Source: Deltaproteobacteria bacterium
Lineage (GTDB): Bacteria > Myxococcota_A > Polyangia > Fen-1088
Assembly: GCA_033763315.1 (NCBI GenBank)
Contig: JANRKS010000016.1
Span: forward strand, 64,001-128,000
Length of the DNA stretch: 64,000 nt
Reading direction: 5' to 3'
Part shown: in pieces, positions 48,414 through 56,489 of the stretch
How the letters are laid out: every line of letters starts with the position of its first letter
How positions within the stretch are numbered: position 1 is the first letter of the stretch
The notes under the pieces: model-generated
What the model saw: only the letters and a program-made list of their open reading frames with translations
Databases searched by the model: none
Told to the model about the DNA's origin: nothing
Translations under genes and position numbers: made by a program

Positions 48414-48446
48414 ATCTGCCGCGGCAGTTCACAAGCCATTGGCGCC

Positions 48447-48579
48447 GCCCATGCAGGCTTGCAGCTGCCAAAGCCGGGAGCGCTTTCGAAAAATCAGATG
48501 CACCTGTGGTACTTGAAGCGCCAAAGCGGTTGTGCAACCCTGCCGAAGGGCGTTGCAGATGAGGCCGCACACGTTGGAC
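48447..48579 (+). repeat. Degenerate attC site
   Basis: GCAGCTGCCAAAGCC...GTTGCAGATGA...CACACGTTGGAC; R'' mutated. Confidence 0.6.
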
Positions 48580-48650
48580 GGATTAACAGATGCACGAGAT
48601 TCAGGCGCTGATCGGTCTGAACTTTGCGCGTTGTCCCGACAGGCCACCAC

Positions 48651-49496
48651 ATGAGGCTTCAATTACTCTTGCTCGCCGCCGCCTGTGCTGTTGTTACGGG
48701 CTGTATGCCACCGTCATGGGGCGCGGGGGCTCTTCTGCACCCTTCTCGCAGTCAGGTTCACAAGCGGCCGATACGAGCTGTGGAAGAAGTCGATATTCAG
48801 GGTCAGGGAGTGAAACTGCGGGCTTGGTGGTTCCGCGCGGAGGGAGAGCGCCGGGGGACAGTCATCTACCTGCATGGAGTGGCAGACAACCGCGGGTCGA
48901 GCATTTCAATTGCGGATCGGTTCGTTCCCCAAGGCTTCGATGTCCTTGCGTACGATAGCCGCGCGCATGGCGAATCAACCGGCGACGCCTGCACCTACGG
49001 TTTCTATGAAAAACGCGACCTCATGCATGTTCTCAACAAGGTGGACGCGAGACCCATCATCGTTATCGGAACGTCCTTAGGTGCAGCGGTTGCGATACAA
49101 GCGGCCGCCGATGATGACAGGATTGATCTGGTCGTCGCTGTTGCAACCTTCTCCGATCTTAGGACTGTGGCCAATGAACGGGCTCCCTTTTTTGCGAGTA
49201 AGGCAAACATAGATGAAGCCCTCAGAATTGCGGAACAACGCGGATCCTTCAAAGTGAACGAGGTCAGTCCGGTCTTGGCCGCGGGCAAAGTGGGCGTGCC
49301 GGTGCTCGTGATTCATGGCGAGAAGGACCACGAAACGCCACCCGTTCACTCACGCCGAGTACACGCCGCACTCCGATCGCCTAAACGCCTGATTGTCGTC
49401 CCAAACGCCGGACACAATGATTGCCTCACGTCTGAGGTATGGATCGAGATCGAGAAGTGGCTTGCGGCCGCGCTGCAGGGCAAGCGGGCGGGCTAA
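48651..49496 (+). CDS. Alpha/beta hydrolase lipoprotein (cassette)
   Basis: YLHG, YDSRAHGES, GTSLG, IHGEKD and AGHND motifs; follows R' GTTGTCC at 48630. Confidence 0.9.
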   Translation: MRLQLLLLAAACAVVTGCMPPSWGAGALLHPSRSQVHKRPIRAVEEVDIQGQGVKLRAWWFRAEGERRGTVIYLHGVADNRGSSISIADRFVPQGFDVLAYDSRAHGESTGDACTYGFYEKRDLMHVLNKVDARPIIVIGTSLGAAVAIQAAADDDRIDLVVAVATFSDLRTVANERAPFFASKANIDEALRIAEQRGSFKVNEVSPVLAAGKVGVPVLVIHGEKDHETPPVHSRRVHAALRSPKRLIVVPNAGHNDCLTSEVWIEIEKWLAAALQGKRAG

Positions 49497-49510
49497 ACCG
49501 TAACCGTCCG

Positions 49511-49536
49511 AGCTGCGACCGACGCAGCTTTTGTTT
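49511..49536 (+). terminator. Possible intrinsic terminator (or collapsed attC arms)
   Basis: AGCTGCG-ACCGA-CGCAGCT followed by TTTGTTT. Confidence 0.35.
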
Positions 49537-49549
49537 ATCGGGAAGAAAC

Positions 49550-49963
49550 ATGAAAGACCAACACCCCAATTTCATTCAAAGCTATTTCCACGGCACCAAA
49601 TGCAATCTAAGCATCGGAGATCTTATCGTCCCCGGACACAATGCCAATTACGGTGAACGGAAGGCGAAATTCGTGTATGCATCGTCGAATTTGAATGTGG
49701 CGATATGGGGAGCAGAGCTGGCCGTTGGCGATGGGCCCGGTAGGGTTTACGTTGTTGAACCCTTGGATACGATTGAGAACGATCCCAATCTCACCGACAA
49801 AAAGTTTCCCGGAAATCCCACGAACTCATTTCGATCAAGGGAAGGCTTCAGGGTGGTTGCTGAAGTAAAGGATTGGCAGGGACACCCTCCTGACGAAATC
49901 AAAGCCGCTAGAGAAAAAGTCGACCTGGCTTTGACGAACGGTGCTCCAATCATTGAAGACTAG
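49550..49963 (+). CDS. arr: NAD+--rifamycin ADP-ribosyltransferase
   Basis: FHGTK, WGAELA, Y.VEP, ENDPNLTDKKFPGNPT.S.RS and W.GH motifs typical of Arr. Confidence 0.93.
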   Translation: MKDQHPNFIQSYFHGTKCNLSIGDLIVPGHNANYGERKAKFVYASSNLNVAIWGAELAVGDGPGRVYVVEPLDTIENDPNLTDKKFPGNPTNSFRSREGFRVVAEVKDWQGHPPDEIKAAREKVDLALTNGAPIIED

Positions 49964-50286
49964 AAGCGCGTACACTCATCGAGTATTGGTTGGTGCAAGT
50001 CGTTTAGCGCCGCCCAAGCGATCGTTTCCGATTTTTGAACTACGACTAGGTGGAGGTGGTCGTTGATGATGCGGCCCAAGCCTCCGTTGGCGGCACACGC
50101 GATCTCTCACGTCGTACGTATGAGCTACGCTTTATTCCCTGCGTTTTTATACTTCCGTAAGCCGATAAAATTCGCCGGCTGTCTCACTCTTGTCGCTTGA
50201 CGATGGCCCTAGCAAAGTGATGTCATGCGCTGGCGCAGATGGTTCATCACGTGCTGCGAAGGTTCTTGTGACGACGGAGGTTCACC

Positions 50287-51396
50287 ATGATTCGTGTTGC
50301 AACGTTCAATGTAGAGAACTTGTTTTGTCGGCCTCTAGCCATGGACTTGGATGACTGGAGCGAGGGACAACCGGCCATTGATGCGGCGGCGCAGTTGAAC
50401 AGCCTGTTCAATCAGCCGATCTACTCGGATGCCGACAAGAAAACCATGTTGGCCCTACTGGAACAATGGGGGCTGCTTTCTTCGAGGCCCAACAACAGGT
50501 TCCTCGAGTTTCGTAAGATCCGTGGTGACCTGTTTCGCCTGCCAAGCGATGAACCGCCGGAAATTGTTGCGAACGGGCGCGCGAGCTGGGTCGGTTGGGT
50601 CGAGCTCAAGGAAGCGCCCGTCAATGACGAAGCGATCAAGAACACGGCACGCGTGATCTCCGAGGTTAATGCCGACATAATTTGTCTTGTTGAAGTCGAC
50701 AGCCGCATTGCGCTCCAGCGATTTTACGATGCCTTCATCGTGCCGCTGCAAACGAAGAGTGGCCAGAAGCCGTACCCGTACAACATGGCAATTGATGGCA
50801 ACGATCAGCGCGGCATCGACGTTGCAATTCTGAGTCGCTACCCGATCACTTCGATGCGGTCACACATTGATGCCGAAATCGACGGCAAAAAGGTCTTCAG
50901 CCGTGACTGCCCCGAGTATTACGTTCAGTTGCCATCCGGCGAAGAACTCGTGCTACTCCCCAACCATTTCGCGAGTAAAGGCAGCGATGTTTACGGCGAG
51001 CGGCGCCGGGTTCAAAGCAAAGCAGTTGCCGAGATTTATGAGGCTGTCAGAGAGACCCATGAGCAAGTGATCATCGCCGGGGATTTAAACGATCATCCAG
51101 CTGGCGAATCGCTCGACGACCTACTCAAACACCCCGAATTGGTGGATGTCATGGCCATGCCTCAGTACAAGCAAACGGATCTTCCGGGCACGTACAAAAC
51201 AGGCACAGCGGCTCAGAAACTTGACTACCTCTTGCTCTCGCCGCATTTACAAAAGCGGGTCAAAGCCGTCGAGGTCTTCCGCAAAGGCTCTTACGCGCCC
51301 CAGAAGTGGGCCTCCTTCGAGAACATCAATAAGGACACCCGCTATCGATACCAGGCCTCCGATCATCAATGCGTGTGGGCCGATCTAGACATCTAG
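50287..51396 (+). CDS. Endonuclease/exonuclease/phosphatase family protein
   Basis: ATFNVENLF, GND.RGIDV, NHF.SK, AGDLND, LDY and ASDH motifs; GGAGG RBS. Confidence 0.9.
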   Translation: MIRVATFNVENLFCRPLAMDLDDWSEGQPAIDAAAQLNSLFNQPIYSDADKKTMLALLEQWGLLSSRPNNRFLEFRKIRGDLFRLPSDEPPEIVANGRASWVGWVELKEAPVNDEAIKNTARVISEVNADIICLVEVDSRIALQRFYDAFIVPLQTKSGQKPYPYNMAIDGNDQRGIDVAILSRYPITSMRSHIDAEIDGKKVFSRDCPEYYVQLPSGEELVLLPNHFASKGSDVYGERRRVQSKAVAEIYEAVRETHEQVIIAGDLNDHPAGESLDDLLKHPELVDVMAMPQYKQTDLPGTYKTGTAAQKLDYLLLSPHLQKRVKAVEVFRKGSYAPQKWASFENINKDTRYRYQASDHQCVWADLDI

Positions 51397-51483
51397 CTCC
51401 GTGAAGCGGTTTGGTGTCGGCAGCGAGCGAAATCAAGCAATGCTGCCGCGCCTTCTTCTCAGATACGTGAGAAAATCCCAGTC

Positions 51484-51843
51484 GTGGATCTGTTCACGAT
51501 TTACGGACTCGGACCGCTTTTTGTTCTCGTCAGTCTGCCCCTGGCGCTGGGCAAGATTCCCCCAAATGGCCTTTACGGAATCCGGCTGCCTTCGATCATG
51601 GAAGACCCGGCGTTATGGTATCCCGTCAACCGGGGCGTTGGCCGTGAGATGGTCTACCTTGGTGTTGCACAAACCGTCGTCATGCTGACCATTGGTTTGG
51701 GCGCCTCACGATGGGGAGTGCCACAAAGGACGGTGGTGAACATTGGTGCCGGGCTTGCCCTCGTCTTTACCCTCTGCCTCGTTGTGCGCTCCCTGCAGTG
51801 GAGTCGCAAAGTGCGTGCTGCACACCGCGATGATTCTGTTTGA
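51484..51843 (+). CDS. SdpI/YfhL-family membrane protein
   Basis: KIPPNGLYGIR...W...N motif between TM helices. Confidence 0.78.
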   Translation: MDLFTIYGLGPLFVLVSLPLALGKIPPNGLYGIRLPSIMEDPALWYPVNRGVGREMVYLGVAQTVVMLTIGLGASRWGVPQRTVVNIGAGLALVFTLCLVVRSLQWSRKVRAAHRDDSV

Positions 51844-52181
51844 TGGTCATCCAGCACGCGGAGCACGGAGTGGTTTCGTTCTGGAGGTATCCACAAGGCG
51901 CCGTCGTGACGTCGTGCTTGCTCGTTGCGGCTGAGGCGGTGGTCCTTTGGTTGATCATGTGTAGGTCGCGAACACCGCGGCTTTGGCGGCGGTCTCTGAT
52001 TTGCGTTATGTTGACAGTGCCAGCCGCCCTGATCGCAATGATGCTGCTCATGCATGCACCGCCACATTTCGGTTACCATGCCATCTGGCTTGCTAACGTC
52101 GCGGCCCTGTCGCTCGCAACCTTTCTTCTCACCGGCATCGCCCGTTTGTGTCTTTGGGTCGGCGGCAGGTCGCGTCCTTAG
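51840..52181 (+). CDS. Small hypothetical membrane protein
   Basis: Three hydrophobic segments; overlaps the upstream stop. Confidence 0.45.
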   Translation: MMVIQHAEHGVVSFWRYPQGAVVTSCLLVAAEAVVLWLIMCRSRTPRLWRRSLICVMLTVPAALIAMMLLMHAPPHFGYHAIWLANVAALSLATFLLTGIARLCLWVGGRSRP

Positions 52182-52251
52182 CGGACGGATGCAACGCAGT
52201 CGCCCTCCTCGTACCACGCTCGTGCTATCGTGTTCCTCAAGCGAAGCTGTC

Positions 52252-52566
52252 ATGTACGTTTTCATCCGAGCGAACAACCCACGCCCAACTTTCCTTGTAG
52301 ACATGACAACTGAGGAGCGCGCAGCAATGCAACGGCACGTTGCGTATTGGACTGAAAAGGCTGCGCAGGGCATCGCCATTGTATTCGGTCCGGTCGCTGA
52401 TCCCAAAGGGGTGTGGGGGATGGGGGTCTATCGAGTAGACGATCTTGCGCATATGCAGCGCATGCTTGATGCGGATCCGGCCCGCCACATTCTGACCTAC
52501 GATGCCTTCGAAATGCCTCGTGGTGTTCTGGGCCCCGGTGAGCCGGGCGTACACCCCTTTCCCTGA
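52252..52566 (+). CDS. YCII-related domain protein
   Basis: PRPTF..DMT.EERA.MQ.H..YW and FGPV.DP.G.WG motifs. Confidence 0.8.
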   Translation: MYVFIRANNPRPTFLVDMTTEERAAMQRHVAYWTEKAAQGIAIVFGPVADPKGVWGMGVYRVDDLAHMQRMLDADPARHILTYDAFEMPRGVLGPGEPGVHPFP

Positions 52567-52611
52567 CCGCGGTCGTCGCACGCGCGGTTCTTCTTGCTGG
52601 CTTCCCTTTGT

Positions 52612-52835
52612 GCGAGAGCAGCAAGGGAGTAATCCACGACGTGGTGGTCTGAGTAATCGGAAAAATGTCGACCCCGTATTCATCCACTTGGAGCAGTGGG
52701 GTGTCGTTGTATGGGAATGGTCTTTGCGCCAGCACGCCGCTGTTTAGATAGACGTCCACGTTTTATCGCGCAGGCCGCGCTGAATCGACCGGGAAAGTGA
52801 CCCGTCCCCAAGGGTCGAGCCCGGAGGCCAAAGCC
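52612..52835 (-). repeat. 224-bp diverged copy of 44779-45002 (subtilase-like gene fragment)
   Basis: Direct alignment shows about 10 substitutions and no indels. Confidence 0.9.
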
Positions 52836-52855
52836 ACATTCGGCGATGGCAGTTG

Positions 52856-53150
52856 CTACAACCGCGCAAACGTCGGTATGCAAAAGCGCTTGCGGTATGC
52901 CCCCGGCGCCATGCCTGTGATGCGCTTGAACAGACGGCGGAAAAAGGCGGCGTCCTCGTAGCCGACGCGCCAACTGATCTCGTCGATGGGCGCATCGGTG
53001 CGTTCAAGACGGCGTTTGGCGTCTTCGATTCGCAGGCGTTGCACATAGTCGGTGGGCGCAGACCCGTGGCGGCCGGGAAGCGACGTTTGAAGGTGCGCTC
53101 TGCAAGCTTCGAACGCTTGATCATTTCTTCAACTGGGTGCGCCATGGCGT
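52856..53150 (-). pseudogene. C-terminal fragment of a GlxA-like AraC regulator, frameshifted
   Basis: ERTFKRRF..ATG in one frame and QRLRIEDAKRRLE...VGYEDAAFFRRLFKR.TG..P.AYR in another. Confidence 0.78.
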
Positions 53151-53523
53151 AGTTCTTACTGAGCCGATGGCCGAATACAGATACAGATACCCATGTCGTA
53201 TCGGGCCTCCGTGAGGATCTACTGACCTCGGGCGCATCCACAACCTTACTACACAGGATCCAAGCTTATTTGCTGTGCCCACGCAATATCGGAAGGCGGT
53301 GAGCTGTTTTTAGGAAGGCAGGTTTTACTCACTTTCGGCGCACAGCCGAAACCCCGTTCAACTTGATCCTCGAAGCCCGGGTTTAAGGGTGGATCAAGGG
53401 CGGCACGCCCTTTGACATCGATGCGGCTTGGTCGATCCGGCTCTAAGCATCAGCGTCGAAGCCAAAAATATGTGAGCAGCGATCCCCTCGCCAGGACACT
53501 ACGGGGAGAGGACGAGGTCATAA

Positions 53524-53790
53524 GTGGAGTATACGGAGGCGGACCACACCGCAGACTTTCTCGACCGCGGCGCATTCGTCTCTCTCATTTGGCCTTGGGC
53601 CGTCGTCGCTTACTACTGTGCCCTCGAGGCACCAAAGGACCCGATCAAATGGGAATCTCCGCAGGCCCGCCAAGCAGTCCTAGACTGGTTAAGGCGCTAT
53701 GCCGGGGACGGAGGTCGGACCCTACGCTGGATCGAAGGACGGGAAAATGGCGAGCCGTTGTGGGTCCAAGCAACTTTGGATCTCCCATGA
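53524..53790 (+). CDS. Hypothetical protein (88 aa)
   Basis: GAGG before GTG; ordinary globular composition. Confidence 0.4.
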   Translation: MEYTEADHTADFLDRGAFVSLIWPWAVVAYYCALEAPKDPIKWESPQARQAVLDWLRRYAGDGGRTLRWIEGRENGEPLWVQATLDLP

Positions 53791-53811
53791 TGAACCCCTG
53801 CTCCTGCTTGG

Positions 53812-54720
53812 TCATAGGCGCTTTGGGGCACGCTTGGGGTTCGGGGCAAGTGGATACATGGGTTCGATCAAAGTGGTAAGCCCGTCCAGAAAGACACGAA
53901 CTTTGGCAGGTAAGAACTGACGGCTGGGAAAAACCACATGCACATCGCTGCGTTTCGCGGGCGACGGACCAAAAAGCACCCGCAGCCGGCCACTGGCAAC
54001 CGCTTTGCGGCAGACGATCGAGGGCACAAGGGCCACACCGATCCCGGCAACGGCGGTTTCGCAGGCCACCTCCAGGTCGTTCACCAACAGCACGGGTTTG
54101 ATTTTGAATGTCTCTCCCTGAAGTTCCCAGGTCTCAGCGGCTCTGGTGCCGATGCAAGGCGCAGCCCTAAGTCCCGCCGCAGTCTTCACAACATGTTTGG
54201 CCAAGAACGCAGGGCTTGCCACATAATAGACGTGCCCGTCGCCCAGTTTTCGGGCGGTAAGCGTGGAGTCATCAAGCGGCCCGATACGAATCGCGAGGTC
54301 GACGCTCTCTTCAATCAGGTGAACGCGTCTATCGGCCAACATCAGGTCCACACTCGTCTTCGGGTGCCGTTGAAGAAACCGTGTGACCACAGGAGCAAGA
54401 TAACGGCGCCCGTATAGAACAGGGGCCGACACCCGCAACAAACCCACAGGTTCAGCTTGGCGTTGCTGCACCTCCAGGTTTGCCTCGTCAACCTGAGTGG
54501 CGATCGCGTCGCACCTTTTGAAATACACGGCTCCCGCTTCGGTCACGCGAAGCGTGCGAGTCGTCCGCTCGAGCAAGCGCACCCCCAGGCTTTCTTCAAG
54601 CTTGGCGATGCGTTCACTGGTCGACTGTTTGGTGATGCCCACAAGCTTTGCTGCGCGCGTAAAACTGCCTTCGCGCACAACAGCCGCAAACAACAACATA
54701 TCCGCGGGCGATGTCATCAT
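53812..54720 (-). CDS. LysR-family regulator
   Basis: F.AVV.EGSFT.AA...LEE.LGVRLL.RTTR and DLAIR motifs; divergent from the pirin gene. Confidence 0.93.
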   Translation of the reverse strand: MMTSPADMLLFAAVVREGSFTRAAKLVGITKQSTSERIAKLEESLGVRLLERTTRTLRVTEAGAVYFKRCDAIATQVDEANLEVQQRQAEPVGLLRVSAPVLYGRRYLAPVVTRFLQRHPKTSVDLMLADRRVHLIEESVDLAIRIGPLDDSTLTARKLGDGHVYYVASPAFLAKHVVKTAAGLRAAPCIGTRAAETWELQGETFKIKPVLLVNDLEVACETAVAGIGVALVPSIVCRKAVASGRLRVLFGPSPAKRSDVHVVFPSRQFLPAKVRVFLDGLTTLIEPMYPLAPNPKRAPKRL

Positions 54721-54865
54721 TGTCCATTTATACTGACAAACTGTCGTATCACACGCCATTGTCTGGGGACGGACTGGGGCACATGATTTGGCTCATGAAG
54801 AACGAAACTCGTGACAAGGGCTTCCCCGTTTTGCAAACGCGGACCGGCGCGATCTTAAGGAGGAT

Positions 54866-55720
54866 GTGATGGATAAGGTGCGATCCGTACGCGGTAGAAC
54901 CAGCGTTTCTCACAGCCGGATGTCACAGGGCTTCGACACCTACGGACTGCGCGGCATCCCAGGCTCTGCCATCGACCCGTTCTTGAACGTGGACGACTTC
55001 CGCATGTCCGAGCCAACATTTCCCCCGCACCCGCACGCGGGTTTTTCAGCCGTCACGTACATGTTCGAGGACTCGAAGGGATCGTTCGTCAACCGCGATA
55101 GTCTTGGCGACCGTAGCGTCATCGGGCCTGGGGCGTTCCATTGGACCCAAGCGGCCAGGGGCATGATGCACGAGGAGGTTCCACAGCTGCCTGGCATCGA
55201 GTGTCACGGTCTGCAGATCTTTGTGAACCTTCGCTCTGATCATAAACACGAACCACCGCGCGCGTTTCATCTGGAAGCCGCTGACATCCCGGTCGTTGCG
55301 CTTGGGAATGGCTCGCGTGCGCGCGTCTTAGCTGGCCGCGTGATGGGAACATCGTCGCCAATGACCGGCTTGCTCACACCGGTACTCCTACTTGACGTAC
55401 GCATCGCTGCTGGCGATCGGATTCGCATCCCCGTGGAACGCGATTGGAACTGCTTCGTGATGTCGATATCCGGCGCAGGTGAAACCGGGCCCGAGGCTGC
55501 CCGCCAGTCTCTACAAGCCCATGAGGCCCTCGGCTTTGGCGTTGATGGCGATGCTGTTGAACTTGTGGCCGGGGCCGCGGGGCTTCAGATCTTGCTTGGG
55601 GCCGGGCAACCCATCGGCGAGCCCGTCGTTTTTGGTGGGCCGTTCGCCATGACGAACGCGAATGACATCGCGGCTGCCCAGCAACGATACAGAAGGGGAG
55701 AGATGGGTCGACTGGTTTGA
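54866..55720 (+). CDS. Pirin-family protein
   Basis: DPFL..D, FPPHPHAG, RDSLG, HEE, QIFVNL and GPFAM motifs. Confidence 0.92.
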   Translation: MMDKVRSVRGRTSVSHSRMSQGFDTYGLRGIPGSAIDPFLNVDDFRMSEPTFPPHPHAGFSAVTYMFEDSKGSFVNRDSLGDRSVIGPGAFHWTQAARGMMHEEVPQLPGIECHGLQIFVNLRSDHKHEPPRAFHLEAADIPVVALGNGSRARVLAGRVMGTSSPMTGLLTPVLLLDVRIAAGDRIRIPVERDWNCFVMSISGAGETGPEAARQSLQAHEALGFGVDGDAVELVAGAAGLQILLGAGQPIGEPVVFGGPFAMTNANDIAAAQQRYRRGEMGRLV

Positions 55721-56113
55721 AGGGGTGGCCCTAAGTCCAAGGGAACGCGCAACATCAACACTCCCTTGCTCAATAACAGTGACTGCCGGCGGGTAGGGGT
55801 TAGCGTCAGCGCGGGTTCGTTCTGGAGCGCCTTCGTAATTTGCGAGCGTCTCTAGAGCGTATCTAGGTATCGCTGTCGACTAAAGCGTTTCCGAAAGACT
55901 TGGACGCTGGTGTGCACATGCCCTCCGTCAACGCGCGCCAAACCCTGGTGACATTGCTGTCGATGCCCACCGCACCATGAAGTATGCTGACCTCGCAAAG
56001 CACCATGTAGATGGCACTAGCACGTCACTGATCGCCTGGCATTTCTGCCTTTGGATCAGTATGGTCGCTTCCACGGCCTCGTGTTTCGACAAAAGAATTC
56101 GTAGGATGCCGGC

Positions 56114-56464
56114 ATGCACACTATGAAGCGAGCCGGCCTATGCATGCTGACAGTCTTGCTGTTGGCGAACTGCGGTCGTTCAAAGCAGATCGTTCAGGTC
56201 GATGGCATCAGCATTTATTTGGCGGAGTGGGAGAAGACAAAGTCCGAACTTGCAAGTCGAATGAGGTTCGACGCCAATTGTGCAAGCCCAAATTTGCGTT
56301 ACACCCTGTTTGCAAAATCGTATCGCTATCCCACTGAAGTTGGTGTTGCTGGATGTGGCAAGAAGGTCGTATACATCCGCGAATACATCGGCAGAATGAA
56401 CCTGTATCTCACACCCTGGTATGCAAACACTGTCACGCAAGGCGTGTCATCGTCCCCGCGTTGA
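56114..56464 (+). CDS. Small hypothetical lipoprotein
   Basis: LLANC lipobox; FD..C and GV.GCGK...Y. Confidence 0.6.
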   Translation: MHTMKRAGLCMLTVLLLANCGRSKQIVQVDGISIYLAEWEKTKSELASRMRFDANCASPNLRYTLFAKSYRYPTEVGVAGCGKKVVYIREYIGRMNLYLTPWYANTVTQGVSSSPR

Positions 56465-56489
56465 CTGGCGTGGTTGACTTGGCGCAACC

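Larger units (their letters stand above)
33288..49500 (+). mobile_element. Integron gene-cassette array without adjacent integrase (CALIN-like)
   Basis: About 15 related attC sites separate single + strand ORFs. Cassette starts are reverse complements of cassette ends (GTTGTGCAG/CTGCACAAC, GTTAGCCGG/CCGGCTAAC, GTTAGCCGT/ACGGCTAAC, GTTATGCGT/ACGCATAAC). Confidence 0.92.

Noticed and set aside
33732-48579. Repeats read as a CRISPR array
   Set aside because: Repeats are about 130 bp, imperfect and separated by whole genes; there are no cas genes; they have attC R/L boxes.
44779-52835. 224-bp duplicate read as a DGR TR/VR pair
   Set aside because: Mismatches are not adenine-specific (G/C, T/C, G/T and C/A all occur) and are largely silent.
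53362-53412. Overlapping hairpins CTTGATCC/GGATCAAG and AAGGGCG/CGCCCTT read as REP/MITE or a switch
   Set aside because: Single copy in the window with no associated transposase; insufficient support.
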